Shown: positions 41,961 to 56,382, counted from the stretch's first letter. The stretch is 64,000 nt of DNA from Octopus vulgaris (GCA_951406725.2 OX597825.1:30442001-30506000), one strand, 5' to 3'. Numbers and translations are program-made. Notes: generated by a model from the letters alone, not told the origin.

Positions 41961-42429
41961 TCAGTTTCAATGATAAGTAGTTGGTTATTCAATCAACTGA
42001 ACTACCTGCTCATAGAATTAATAAGCAAATGGCTGAAATTCTACAAACATGAATTCCCTTATGGTAATTCCTTGGTGAAATCAACATGATGCAGAGTGAC
42101 AAGACTAGACATTTAACTGACATGTAAAATCTATTTGACAGGTACCTATGCAGTTTCCATAGACCCAGTTTTGCTCACAAGCCAGTGACAGAGATAGACA
42201 CATACATAAATACAAGTATACATGTATGTGTTTATATATCTCTACATATGTACATACATAAAACAGACAGAAATAATAAATTTTATGTATTTATTTATTC
42301 ATTATAGGCTTACAGCTGTTTCAGATATACATTTGGGTGGGTGCATTCGATCTTATGTGTTTGAGTGGCATTCATTGTTCAATTTTATCAATCAATCAAC
42401 TGACCAATTGATATGATTGAACAATGAAT

Positions 42430-42810
42430 GCACCCAAATGCATTCACCCGGGTGGGTTGAGCTGGCTTCATTCATCCTCAATGCTGCATCTCTCACAAAC
42501 GCCGACCAGGCCTGGCGATTTGAGGCCAATAACCACGTGATCCCCAATCACTCCTTATTCCATCGGCGAACGCCGTACACATGGGGGCCTAGGTTGAGTT
42601 CCAGATCAGCCTTGACTGTCATCAGCGAGTTTTTTCGTTGTCCACCACATCCCTTTCGCCAACCCTGAAGGGGAGCTGGGGCAATTGCTTTGTAGGTGAA
42701 TTCTGGTTGACAAGGAGGGCATGAACCAGCCAACGCAGACATCTCGTTAGGATGACTTGCTGGAGGGAGGTGATTTTGCACTGGTGTCACACCGAATTGT
42801 TGGAGACAAA
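42430..42810 (-). mobile_element. RTE LINE 3' fragment
   Basis: RCLRWLVHAL..GGQRK..TVKADL..LASNRQAW, the typical RTE C-terminus, with frameshift and stop. Confidence 0.8.
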
Positions 42811-43129
42811 TGCATACTGAGCTGAAAATCTCTTTTGGACAGAAAAAGTTCAATGTAGCTATTTTTTCCAAAAACGTTCTTCTATATAATATTTCAATAC
42901 TAATATTTATAGCTATATGTGCGTTGAATTCAGTTTCATTAAAGAATTATTGCATGTTCTCTTGAAAGTTCATAAACTCTTATGACACCAATAACACACA
43001 CGCACACACACACACACACACACACTTCCAGTCATAGAAAATCTGCCCCAATAAACACCATCTAACCCATATAAGCATGGAAAAATGGACATTACAATAG
43101 TGATGAGTATGAAGATATATATAGATATA

Positions 43130-43164
<35 letters not shown>

Positions 43165-43788
43165 GTATGTATGTATATATGTGTGTGTATATATATATAG
43201 ATAGATAGAGAAAGAGAGAGAGAGAGGAGAGTGGAGAGTGGAGAGAAAATTGGAATGAAGGGTGGAGCAGAGAATAATAAAATGTTTTATGTGAAACGGA
43301 AATGTGAAAAACAAGAAATATTATTATCACTTGAAATTCTTGTTTATTTTATTTTTTTTTTTTTTACCCGATTTGCATGAAGATAACACTAATTTTTAAT
43401 AGATTTATGTATTATTTTTATATTTTGAAAGATTTGTTTAACTGATAAGATTAATTAGTGCCTCAGTGTGTATGTGGTTGTGTATGTATTTTTCAATTTG
43501 GATATTTAAAGACAAATAAAAACTGATTATTCATTTTAAAAATATTAAGTTGATTAATACTTCACCTCTAACTCCAGAGCAATAAAACTTTTATTTTTCT
43601 CTGATTTAGAATTTAGCTGTGTTCTGTTTTTTTTCTCTTTTTACCAACTTAAGTTATTGAGCTACAGCCATACTGGGGCACCTGCTTTACTCAATTATAT
43701 TGACCCAAGTGCTTCATCAAGTAGAACTCATTTCCTCAGTATTTATGCACTGAATGGCTAAGTATAACTTGAATTATGACCTCTGTAA

Positions 43789-44000
43789 GGCGGAGAGCTG
43801 GCAGAAATGGTAGCACACCAGGTGAAATGCTTAGCAGTATTTCATTTGTCTTTATGTTCTGAGTTCAAATTCCGCCGAGGTCGACTTTGCCTTTCATCCA
43901 TTCACGGTCGATAAATTAAGTACCAGTAGTGTACTGAGATCAATCTAATTGACTGGCCCCCTCCCCTAAAATTTCGGCCCTTGTGCCTAGAATAGAAAAG
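43789..44000 (+). mobile_element. SINE family B with TSD
   Basis: gaattatgacct on both flanks (43771 and 44000). Confidence 0.88.
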
Positions 44001-44116
44001 AATTATGACCTTTGTTTTATTTGTTATCGCCCCCTAAGGATTAAATGCCACAAGGGATTGCTAACATAGACGCAGTTAATGCACATACAACTACACATGC
44101 ATATATATATATATAC

Positions 44117-44345
44117 AGGCGAGCTGGCAGAAACGTTAGCACGCCGGCTGAAATGCGTAGCCGTATTTCGTCTGTCGTTACGTTCTGAGTTCAAATTCCG
44201 CCGAGGTCGACTTTGCCTTTCATCCTTTCGGGGTCGATAAATTAGGTACCAGTTACGCACTGGGGTCGACGTAATCGACTTAATCCATTTGTCTGTCCTT
44301 GTTTGTCTCCTCTGTGTTTAGCCCCTTGTGGGTAGTAAAGAAATA
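44117..44345 (+). mobile_element. SINE family B, young copy (CpGs retained)
   Basis: ggcgagctggcagaaacgttagc..gagttcaaattcc..gtcgactttgcctttcatcctttcggggtcgataaa. Confidence 0.92.
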
Positions 44346-44616
44346 TATATATATACATAGACACAAGTATAACTATAAGAATTCTATTTCTAATGGAGTT
44401 ACGTCAGGTACTTCTGTGGTAGAACATGAGTCCTAAGTATTTAAATCTAATGGAGGCAATCATCTTCAGTTCTGGCCACAGCTGATTTTCTCCAGAGAGA
44501 AAGGAAAGAATCAACCCTACTTCTTGACTGAAATATATGCATGCATGTATGTATGTATGTATGTATGCATGCATGTATGTATATGTATGTATCCATGTAT
44601 GATATATAAGATATAA

Positions 44617-44649
<33 letters not shown>

Positions 44650-44802
44650 TATACATATATATAATATATATACATACACATACCTTCACCCATGCACACA
44701 GACACACACACACATGCACAAACATTGATTTATATTATATATATATATATATATATACATATACACACACACACACACACACACCTATATATATATATAT
44801 AT

Positions 44803-45007
44803 AGTTAATCCAAACATGAAAACACAAAGAGAAAATACAACGCAAGGACGTGGAACAAGCATAGTGTTATTAGACACTCAGGAAAGGAAAGAAAGAATGA
44901 GGATTTAACGTTTCAAGCGGAGCTCTTCACTAGAAACATAGACAGTGGAAAGATCCGAGGAAGGGAAGACGGAGGAAAAAAAATCATAACGATACACACG
45001 CGGTCAT
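44803..45007 (-). mobile_element. Penelope-like terminal repeat with decayed minimal hammerhead
   Basis: Reverse complement of 47645-47815. Confidence 0.7.
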
Positions 45008-45964
45008 ATGTATGTATGTATATATATATATATATATATAGTGTGTGTGTTTGTGCATGTCAGCATTCCCATGCAGTTTTGGTGTGCCAAATTTCAGTCG
45101 CAAATGTGTAGGTTACACCAAGTCTCTGGTAAAAGACACTCTGTGCAAGGTGCTGCGAGTGGGGATGGAACTCATACTCACTGGCTTGCAAAACAAACTT
45201 GTTAACCACCACATTCACGAGCGCAACAAATGTGTTCTGCCGTGTCTTTTATAATTGTTATGCGGCTATAATCATTAATTCTATGATTAAGATTTAAACT
45301 ATTTAAAATTATTATAGTTTAGTCAATGAGAAAGGATGGGAAAATTAAAAGACGTCATTTAAAAAGAAAAAGAACCAATATAAATGAATCGCTCCAGGTG
45401 AAAGTTGCTGCCAGATGCATAAACAAATAAATAACAATTTAGGATGGTTTTTCTTTTGTCAGCTATTTTTCTTTGGTTTAGACAGAAGAGCAGAGAAGAG
45501 CAAAGTCAATGTACACGTGACTTTTTTCAGATTCTCTGAAACTTGGGTGGAGTGGCTTCAAGGATAGAATCATGTCTCATGGTTTAGTTCTTATTTCTAG
45601 TCTGAGGTCAGGATGTGAATCTTTTATATTTTCGTTGACTTAATTAAATGAGGAATACTAACAACCATGATTTTTTAGAGGGTGGTGATGATAGTGGTGG
45701 TGGTGGTGAGGAGATGGTACTGGTGGGAAGTGGAGAGTAAGGAAAATAGTTTTGATTTGAAGATAATGTTCAGAATGGAGACGTCATTCAAATGATGTTC
45801 TTTGGCGGAAAGAGAGGGCTGGTCAGAGGAAAAAGCCCAGTGCACAGGATCTTTGCACTTGCAGGGCCATGGAAAATTCTCAAAGGGAAAATAGAAAGAA
45901 ACCATGAATAATGGGTTACTAGTGTAGTAGCAAATCAAGAACAGGCAAAGAATTGGCAAAGTCA

Positions 45965-46365
45965 GACATGGCTGTGTGGCTAGAAGGTTGCTTCCAAACC
46001 TCAGGGTTCTGGGTTCAGTCCTACTGCAAAGCACCTTGGTTGAATGTCTTCTAATATAGCCTTGGGCCAACCAAGTGAGTGGCTTTGGTGGACAGAAACT
46101 GAGAGTATCATGTCATATGTATGCATGTGTGTGTATGTGTGTGTGTGTATGTGTGTCTGTGTTTATCCCTCACCACTACTTGACAACCAGTGTTGGTTTG
46201 TTTACATCCTTGTGACTTAGTGGTTTGGCAAAAGAGACCAATAAAATATGTATCAGGCTTAAGGAAAAAATACTGGGGTCGATTTGTTCAACTCAAGACT
46301 TTTCAAAGTGGTGCTCCCGCATGGCCACAGGCTAATGACTGATACAAGTAAAAGATAAAAGATAA
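45965..46365 (+). mobile_element. SINE family A, older copy
   Basis: Family motifs. Confidence 0.82.
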
Positions 46366-46863
46366 AAGATATTGGATATCCTCAAAACAAAGACCTGATC
46401 TGAATATTTCTAACAAAGTGGACAAATTAAACCCAGGGTCAGATAAGGAATTTAAACACCTAAAAAGTTCATACATTTGCAATAAAAAAAAATAGATTGC
46501 ATTCACTCAGGTATAATATGAGAAAATTAATATCATACATCTGTATTAAAATAGGTAGATAGCTTTATTTTTGAATGAAATGTAAAAAAAATAAATAAAT
46601 AGTAAATAAACATGATAACAAACCAGTAAAAATGTAAATAGTGAAGGTGGAGCCTGAAGGCATTTAATTACTAATCTATATACCCACAATGCCTGTGGCT
46701 ATGAAACATCATGTTTGTGTAGCAAATGGAAATTGTGAATTCTGATAGCACACTGGTACTTTGCATATTTACACTGTATTGTTTAAAAGTGATTTAATTT
46801 ATGAGATAAGACTTAAAATGTCTAAGTTATATTATTCATGTACACAAGTAGTAAAAAAAATGA

Positions 46864-47290
46864 AGCACAGGAGTGGCTGTGTGGTAAGTAGCTTGCTTAC
46901 CAACCACATGGTTCCAGGTTCAGTCCCACTTCATGGCACCTTGGGCAAGTGTCTTCTACTATAGCATTGTGCCGACCAAAGCCTTGTGGGTGGATTTGGT
47001 AGATGGACACTGAAAGAAACCTGTCTTATATATGTATATATATATATATATATATATTTATGTGTGTGTATATGTTTGTGTGTCTGTGTTTGTCCCCCAC
47101 CTCTACATCGCTTGACAACCAATGCTTGTGTGTTTACGTCCCCGTAACTTAGCTGTTCGGCAAAATAGACCAATAGAATAAGTACTAGGCTTACAAAGAA
47201 TATGTCCTGGGGTCGATTTGCTCGAGTAAAGGTGGTGCTTCAGCATGGCCACAGTCAGTTGACTGAAACAAGTAAAAGAGTAAAAGGGGA
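46864..47290 (+). mobile_element. SINE family A, full length
   Basis: Family motifs. Confidence 0.9.
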
Positions 47291-47679
47291 AAAAAGAGTA
47301 TATAAACACCATCATTGTTTTCATGTCCAATTTTCCATGCTTACATGGGCCAGATGAAATTTGCTGAGGCAAAGTTTCCACAGTCAGATGCTCTTCCTGT
47401 TGCCAACCCTTGCTTGTTTCCAAGCAATGTAAGGTTTCTTCATGGCTAACCATGTTTTTTATGGAAGATGGAAATGCATGAAGTTGTTTATATGATGGTG
47501 ACACTCGTTTACAACTATCATGCAACACCTTGACAAGGAGGTAAACAAACATGCACATACATGCTATACACACAAATACATATACATATATATATATATA
47601 TATATATATTTAAACACACACATTTATATATATATATATATATTGGCGATTTTTTTTCCTCTGTCTTCCCTTCTCCTAT

Positions 47680-47714
47680 GTTTCCGACGAAGAGCTCCGC
47701 TCGAAACGTTAAAC
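47680..47714 (+). ncRNA. Minimal hammerhead motif (U4C variant) in a Penelope-like repeat at 47645-47815
   Basis: gttt-CCGACGA-a-gagc(tcc)gctc-GAAA-cg-TT-aaac; palindromic aacgtt helix III. Confidence 0.6.
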
Positions 47715-48163
47715 CCTCCTTCTTTCTTTCTTTCCTGAGCGTCCAATAATACTATATTTGTTCCATGTCCTCGCGTTGTTGTGTTTTTTTGTGCTTTCTT
47801 GTTTGGATTAACTATATATGTGTATATATATATATATATATATACACGCACACACAAATACACACACAGATGTAGCTTACTTCAGTTTTTGCCAATCAAA
47901 TCCACTCGCAAGTCTCTGGTGGGCCCCAGGCTAATTTGAAGAGACGCTTGTGGTGCAATGCAGTGGGACTGAACATAAAGCCACATGATTGAGAAGCAAA
48001 TTTCTTAACCACACAGCCATACTGAAAAGTCATACAAGAGGATAAAATATACTTCTAGTTCTTAATACAGCTGACAGATAGGATGAAAATGTACCTGAGC
48101 TGACATTGTACTTGAGTAAATACAGTAGCTATTTTTACTTTTTATCTTACCAACCTCTCATGC

Positions 48164-49925
48164 AACAGTTTTGATCCTAACCCACCTGACAGAATCCCTG
48201 TTTCTGTGATACAAACTTACTGTTTGAAATGATCCAAATCAAAACTTGCCATTAAAATATTATGTTAATTTATGTTAATTTATGATTCAAATATCATTAT
48301 AATAATGGTAAAGTTATTTTATTAAAATCTTCGTAATTTTTAAAATTAATTAAAACAAAGGCAAATTAATTGAAATTAAACGTTTTGTTACCAACCCAGC
48401 TGAAACCAGCTTTGGCTCTGTAGTACAAATGTCTTGTTTTCCTAAGTTTTGAATTAAATTCTTCCACCAAACCTTAGTCACAATTAATGTTCCTAGCACT
48501 AGCTTAATGGTAACAGTTATTTTACTAAATTCTTTGCTATACTTCAAGTAATTGAAAGAAACACAGAGTATCTCAAAATGAATACAGTAATGAAAGGGTT
48601 AATTGAAATCAGTAAGAGGGAGTATGTATGTGTACTCTCTTCAACAAGCTAGAACTTGCAGCCAAATTTCCAAACCCTAAATTACACCATAGCATGTTAT
48701 ATAGGGAAAGTGACATCAGATGTTGTCCTACATTCCTGAAAGCTATACATGCCAAATTGAAATTACATGGATAGAAAACTTTTAAGTCTAGGTTTGATGT
48801 AGGAGAAAGGGAATATTTTAAAATATCAAAAATCCAGGTTGACATTTTTGGAGTATATTGCTTCATTAGCTTCTTCTAAAGCAAAAAAAAAAAAATGATA
48901 AAAAAATTGATGTGAAAATATGGGTATTCATGTCTAAATTTTAGAGATCTGTTAATGTTGAAATATGTACCTCCCTAAGTTCAGTTCCTCCTCAGTGGTT
49001 TAGGCTTGGTTTAAGCTTCTGATAATGTTCTGCATTCAAATCCCACTTGAATTAACTTAATTTATTGACAGTAGAGAGATGAAAGACATATCCAAGAGTT
49101 GATTTCACTGAACGTCAGCATATAAATATTGCATAACGTTGCATGAGATATAATAATATATTAAATAAATATTCAAATTAGAAGATCATATTCTGCAAGA
49201 AGGAAATCAGTTTAGGCTGCTTTATACATATTTTGGTTTTAATATCCACTGAGAATTGAAATAACTTCATAGGAAATTCAAATATTTAAATAAAGATTTA
49301 TCTGTGAAAGAGAAAGCAAATATTTTTTTAATGAAATACCTTTATGTATTTAAAATAAATATAAATTTAATACAACTTCAAGTGCGTGTGAATGTTTATT
49401 TAAGAATTCTTCTCACTTTAAGATCCATATTATGTGCTAATAAATATTAAAGCATAATGTGCTATTAATTTCTAAACTAATGACAAAAATCCCTATATTT
49501 TAGAAGATTGATTTATATTTATATATATATAAAGGAAAAGCACCCATACCTTTCCAGATATAACTATGAACATAGAGAGGTGAGGGAGGCAGTTTCAAAT
49601 GGGGATTCAGGCTGATTGGCAGTTTGGGCTCATAAAAAGCTTATTTCTTGTTTTATTGCATTCAATCCAACATTACATGTTACATAAGATGTCTTTTTTG
49701 TTACCATGTTCCTGTTAAAATACTCTGCCTTTGTTTCAATTAATTTCAAAAATTATGAAGACTCTAATAAAATAATTTTACCATTATTATAATGATATTT
49801 GAATCATAAATCAACATAAATTAACATAAAATTTTAATGGCAAGTTTTAATTTGGATAATTTTAAACAGTAAGTTTGCATCAGTGAAACAGGGATTCTCT
49901 CAGATGGGTTAGGATCAAAACTGTT
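48164..49925. repeat. ~200-bp inverted arms (MITE-related) enclosing ~1.36 kb
   Basis: 48164-48363 and 49726-49925 are reverse complements with shared variants. Confidence 0.75.
48377..48602 (-). mobile_element. TTAA piggyBac-type MITE
   Basis: Ends aaaggg-ttaa; reverse complement of 11190-11412. Confidence 0.8.
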
Positions 49926-50096
49926 AAACAAAGACATAAGAATTTGGAAATTTAGTAATGAAATAATGAATAAATAAATAAATAAATAAAAGAGAGCAAA
50001 TGATAGTTTATGCATTTAGCAGATAGATAATATGATTGCATGAAATGAATCAACTCTTACAATAATGGTTTAAATTTTACAGATTATAAACTTTTA

Positions 50097-50259
50097 GGTG
50101 CAGGAGTGGCTGTGCGGTAAGTAGCTTGCTTACCAACCACATGGTTCTGGGTCCAGTCCCACTGCGTGGCACTTTGGGCAAATGTTTTCTACTATAGCCC
50201 CAAGCCAACCAAAGCCTTGTGAGTGGATTTGGTAGACAGAAACTGAAAGAAGCCCATCG

Positions 50260-50290
<31 letters not shown>

Positions 50291-50328
50291 TTATATATAT
50301 ATATATATATATGTGATATATATATATA

Positions 50329-50369
<41 letters not shown>

Positions 50370-50582
50370 TTGTGTGTCTATGTTTGTCCCCCTGTCCCAA
50401 CATCACTTGACAACCAATGCTGGTATGTTTATGCTCCCGTAACTTAGCAGTTTGGTAAAAGAGACTGATAGAATAAGTACTAGGCTTATGAAGAATAAGT
50501 CCTGAGGTCACTTTGCTCGACTAAAGGCGGTGCTCCAGCATGGCCACAGTCAAATGATTGAAACAAGTAAAAGAGTAAAAGA
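50097..50582 (+). mobile_element. SINE family A, full length
   Basis: Family motifs. Confidence 0.9.
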
Positions 50583-51803
50583 ATGGTCCAGACACCATTC
50601 AAAATCTATCAAAGGTAGAAGCAGGTAAATGATTGTGCCAATATCAACTTAAAAAATATGAAAGGGGGAGTTAATTGCCTGGAAAATTTAAGACTATTAG
50701 TCCAGTTGAACAATATTTCAAATTACGATTCAGTAAAAAACACATAATTTCTTTGCCAAATATATGAAGGAAAGCACTCTTATAATTGAATATTAAGTTT
50801 TGAGTAAGATAATAAACTATTGACTATTGTGGAGCACCAGTAGTAAATTTGATTACCTTAAGCTACAATTATTTTAGATGAGATAATGAGCGTGCATCTT
50901 GATGGTAGCTTGAGCAGCAAGAAATATCAAAGACATTTACCTTTAATTATGCCTTACTATCTTGAATAATCTAATTTTAGATACATAAAGCTTGAGAAAA
51001 AAATAGTTATAGTTGGGATGTTTGTGATCCTAGCTTTACTTAGTTAGGATTTACTCGGGGTTAAACAACTACTACAGCAACATTTGAGTAATTTTAATGC
51101 AAGGCATAACCTCTGGTAATATGGTTGCTGGAATCCAGCTTCAAAGACATTAAGTTTGAGTAACATTGTCTCTAGGACCATTCTGACAATTCTTGTGATA
51201 TAATTGGTGTTGAAATATTTTAGATTACATTGGTGCCACGAATTATAGGATCTGCTGAATATGCAATATCTACTCCTTTTCCACATTTAGTTAAGGCAGA
51301 AGCTATTCTCTGTATAACATCCATTCACTCAATTATATCATTCAACAAGACTGACATATTGCAATAGCATATTAACCTTTTTGATATCGATGCACCTGAG
51401 ACCACCCTTAGTTCTAAGATACAAACTTCCTGTTTAAAAGTAATCTTAATTAAAACCTTTCATCAAAATTTCTTCTTAATATGCAATCCATATACCAGCC
51501 TAATAATTGCAGATATTTCACTTTATTCTTTATCTTCAAAATCAATTGGAACAAAGCAGGGGATTTCAACAGACATGTAGCAACAGAACTGCTAAATGCA
51601 ATTTTCTCAACAGCAAACAAGATACTCTGATAATATCCAGCAAAGCCACAGTCAACTGACCGAAACAAGTAAAAGAGCAAAAGAATATCTTTGGCTATTT
51701 TGAAAAGAAAATATTAAATTTCTACATTCAAGGTGCACTCTGTATGGTTAAGAAGGTTGTGTTGCATCGACACAGTTTTTGATTCAGTACCACTACATGG
51801 TGT

Positions 51804-52045
51804 GTGGAGGCACGTGGCTTAGTGGTTAGGGTGTCAGCATCATGACTGTAAGATTGAGGTTTCGATTCCTGGACCAGGCGATGCATTGTGTTCTTGAGCA
51901 AAACACTTCATTTCATGTTGCTCCAGTCCACCCAGCTGGCAAAAATGAGCAACGCTGCAATGGACTGGCATCCCATCCAGCTGGGAAACACGTACGCTGT
52001 GGAAACCGGGCCTATGAGCCTGGCTAGGCTTTAAAAAGGCGCATT
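51804..52045 (+). mobile_element. SINE family C nested in an old family A head
   Basis: Flanked by taccac(t/c)acatggt direct repeats. Confidence 0.85.
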
Positions 52046-52403
52046 TACTTTTATTTACCACCACATGGTACTTGGGCCAGTGTCATTTATCATCTGACCA
52101 ACGTGTTGTAGCTGAATTTAGTAGACAGAAACTGCATGGCAATCTATTGTGTGTGTGTGTGTGTGTGTGTATCTCTTTTACTCTCTTTTACTTGTTCCAG
52201 TCATTTTGACAGTGGCCATGCTGGAGCACTGCTTTTAGTCGAGCAAATCGACCCCAGGACCTATTCTTTGTAAGTCTAGTACTCATTCAATTAGTCTCTT
52301 TTGCCGAACCGCTAAATTACGGGGACATAAACACACCAGCAGTGGTTGTCAAGCAATGTTGGTGGGGGACAAATATGGACACACAAACATATACACACAC
52401 ACC

Positions 52404-52447
<44 letters not shown>

Positions 52448-52451
<4 letters not shown>

Positions 52452-53510
52452 CAAAATAAGGAACAAGAATAACTTCTGTAATTTGGTGTGATCGTTTCAC
52501 GCTACATCATTTTATTAAATGTTGTAAGTATTACAACAGTTTTAAAATGTTGAGCAATCATCAGCCATTAATGGAGGTTTTCCATTAATACATAATTTTC
52601 ATATCAATTGATAACATTATAGAGAATGTAGATATATAGACAAAGATGTCGATTTAAATTTTATCAACTGACTGAAGAATATTCAGAATATTCGGTTGTT
52701 TTGAACTGCTATATTTATAGAAATAGGGGCAAAATAGATGTCAAAGTTCTATATAAAGAAATTAAGGTAGAGAGAGGGTTGTAATGCTACAGAGGCTGTT
52801 TACTACTATTTGGCAAACAGATTTTGTATTAGGAAAACTAGATCAATGTCAAATGGTCACAGTGACCACTTATAGAGAATACATAGATTATTTTATACTT
52901 ATATACATCAACTTTATACTTAGCTGGTAGATTTTGAATATTTTGATACGTTGGATTAAAGGAGAAATTATAAATCTAATATTTATTCATTTTGGAGAAA
53001 AATCTATCACTTATTATGAGTAGGCATAATACTCATTAACTGAGGACAAAAGTCTTATTAATCAAGTGAATATATTAGGGGTCAAATATATATAATAGGA
53101 AAACTGGAAGAGGAGTAATCAAGAAGAAAGGTCTTCATAGGTTTAGTAGAAGGTGATTTATTTTTATGAAGAGAAGTAATTAAGAAGAGTAAATTACTCA
53201 GATTTCGTAGATAGTGGAATGTTATTAATGAATTAAAATGTAGAATCTGTTAGACATAATATTTACTACCTGCAGAGAAAGGCTAATTAGTGAGGTGAAA
53301 ATATCCTTGGTTAATGATATATTAAGAAATGGAAGTGAGATAATCTAGGTGAACTGAGTAGTTTCTTTAGGGACATAGACTTTAGTATAGGAGATTATCA
53401 AAAAAAGAAAAAAGGGAGAATTTAATTCTAAGTTTGCAATGAAGTTTTTTAGTAATATATGTATGTTGAATTAAAAACCAGTATGGTATATTCATTCTTA
53501 TTTGGTTATA
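52448..53510 (-). mobile_element. Probable Penelope-like relic with decayed hammerhead at 52484-52567
   Basis: RC tgg-CTGATGA-long stem-GAAA-cgatca-ca-cca; the adjacent degenerate sequence only loosely resembles PLE post-RT protein. Confidence 0.5.
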
Positions 53511-54430
53511 AAGAATTATATACATATATACGACAGGCTTCTTTCAGTTTCCATCTACCAAATCCACTCACAAGGCTTTGGTCAGCCCCAGGCTATAGTA
53601 GAAGACACTTGCCCAAGGTGCTATGCAGTGGGACTGAACCTGGAACTATGTGATTGGTAAGCAAGCTACTTACCACACAGCCACTCCTACACCTATGTGT
53701 ATATCTCTGTTGTGTGTATCTCTGTTTGTGTGTGTGTGTATCTTTATGTTTGAGTATGTCCCCACCACCACCACCACACCACCACTTGACAACTGATGTT
53801 GTTTTGTTTACATCACATAACTTAGTAGCTTTGGTGGAATAAGTATCAGGTTTGCAAAAAAATAAGCACTAGGGTTGATTTGCTCAACTAAACCCATGAA
53901 GATGGTGCTCCAGCATGGCTACTGTTCAACAACTGAAACAAGTAATAACATTTGATAGAAATGGCAAAGCACATTGGAGAGACAACAGTCTAGTCACAGA
54001 CTAAACTGAAATGTATTATAGTCAGTGAGGTAGACTTGTGGGATTTAGTGCTCAACTGATTGCGCTAAAGATACAGATCTGCTTGAGTATGGCATCACAG
54101 CAGTTACAACCAAAAGCCACAAATGAAAAATCTCAATTTTGAGATCAGGAAAAGTCTTTGTAGAAGGATTCCAAAACTGGAAATATTTATGGTTTTAAGC
54201 CAGAGGGTACAAGGTAGTTTTAGATCAAAAACAATGTTAACCCTTGGATTATTTGTTATGGATTGGGAAACAGCAAAACAGCCCCTTGCACAATAGATTA
54301 CTCAGACAGAGAACTCATTTGTTATACTCAGTTCCAGCTTGAAAAAATTTTACGTGTACCCAACGTAATTCTTACCCTCTGTTCTAGTACCATCAATAAT
54401 ATTTCTAATTTAATATTTGAAAACCAGTTA

Positions 54431-54630
54431 TGGCGGCGAGCTGGCAGAAACATTAGCACACCAGGTGAAATGCTTAATGGTATTTCGTTTGTTTTTACAT
54501 TCTGAGTTCAAATTCCACTGAGGTCCACTTTCATAGTTTCAGGATCGATAAAATAAGTACCAGTTGCGTACTGGGGTCAATCTATTCGACTGGCCCCCAC
54601 CTCCCCCCACCTAGTGCTTAGAGTAGAATT
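54431..54630 (+). mobile_element. SINE family B
   Basis: Family motifs; ttgaaaacca on both flanks. Confidence 0.82.
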
Positions 54631-56337
54631 GAAAACCACATATCTCTGCTCATAACTGTAAGTACCAAAGTTCTCTGTTCAATATAGTATAATGCTAGTC
54701 GGAAAAAAAGAGTTGACACTGTGTCTTTGGGCAAACAAGTAACAGTTGTTGGTGGAAAAACATGCTCCTAAAACATTGGGACCATGAGTACTGGACTGGT
54801 GTTGGTGCTGTGTAAAAAGCACTGGTGATAGTTCCATATAAAAAACACCCAGTACACTCTATAAAGTGGTTGGCAATAGGAAGGGCATCCAGGCATCCAG
54901 CAGTGGGAACCTAACTAAAACAGATTATGGAACCTGGTATGGCCTCCGGCATTACCAGTTCCTGTCAAGCCATCCAACCCATGACAGCATGGAAAATAAA
55001 TGTTAAACGATGATGGTGATGATGATGATGATGATGAGGAGGAGGAGGTTGAGGAGGATTGGATGTAAGATGAAAAACTGGCAGAGTTGTAAGAGAGACA
55101 TATTGCCATGTGATTTTTGTTCAATCAGAACAAATTTTTGTGCAAATCAGAATTCAAATCTTGCAAAGGTCTCCCTTTGTCATTTCATTCTTTCAGAGTT
55201 TATTGAAGCAGATTTTCTACAGATGGATGCCTTTACTCTGATCAATCCTCATCTTTTTCCCATGCAAGGTACTATATCTCCATGGCCGGACATGTTCTTG
55301 CAGTATATTGAAAATTAATGACACTACTTGTGAGACAATCACAATCATTTATAAATATCAAATGATATCAAGTCAAGGAAGCACAAACATGTACACACTC
55401 ATACTCACACACACATACACACTCACTGTGTGTGTGTGTGTGTGTGCATGCATGTGTGTGTGTGTGTGCAAGCGCATGCATTAGTGTGTGTGTGTGTGTG
55501 CGTACATTATTCTGTCATGAGCTTCCACTTCCCAAATCCACTTACAAGGCTTTGAGCAGCTCCGGAGTTAGAGTAGAAAACACTTGCCCAAGGTGGCATG
55601 TAGTGGAACTGAACCTGAATCTATGTGCTTGGAATGCAAGCTTCTTAAATGAATAAATAAATTCAGATTTCACTGGCTCAGACATTTAACTCAGTTTTGC
55701 TCCAAACTGTTTGACTGAGCGAAGACAGATGTTCTGCACTTTGTTTATAGTTCAGAGGTAAGAAGCAAGAAAAGTATCCAGTTGTAAAAAGCAAATATTT
55801 ACAGCAAAACAAAAATAACAAACCGAATTATGCAAACATTAATTAAAAATAAATGTAAAACTGTAAAAATAAAAATTGATTTGCATTTATTAAATGTAAA
55901 GGGTGAACATTAAATAGATAAAATATAATTGGAGGAAGGAAAATAACTGCCATTTTCGTTTTCCCAATTAGTGTCTAATTACGTGACATTAATGTTTCTA
56001 TTCCATATTTAGAACTGTCATCTTTAAAAAAGATCCTACCTTCTGAATAAATTTACCAGCTAAAGCAATTTGATTTTTCTATGCAAATTTTACGTCTTAC
56101 ATAAGGATATCAAATTTGGTAATAATTATTTCTTGGAAAGTTTTTTAGGATCATTAGTGAGTCAGATAAAATGCTTAGCAACATTTCTTCCAGCTCTGTC
56201 TGTTCTGAATTCAAATTCTTCCAAAATCAACTCAACTTTAACTTTCATCAATAACATTAAGTACGAAGAACTGGATTTGATGTAATTGATGGAGCCCTAC
56301 CCTAAAATTGCTAGTCTTGTATCAAAATTTGAAATTA

Positions 56338-56379
<42 letters not shown>

Positions 56380-56382
<3 letters not shown>

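Noticed and set aside
42310-42325. GAAA-cagctg-TA hammerhead 3' halves (also near 30441)
   Set aside because: No matching CUGANGA half found, so not counted as ribozymes.
51220-51370. Short open frames in unique-looking sequence
   Set aside because: No recognisable motif and no convincing splice-site pair.
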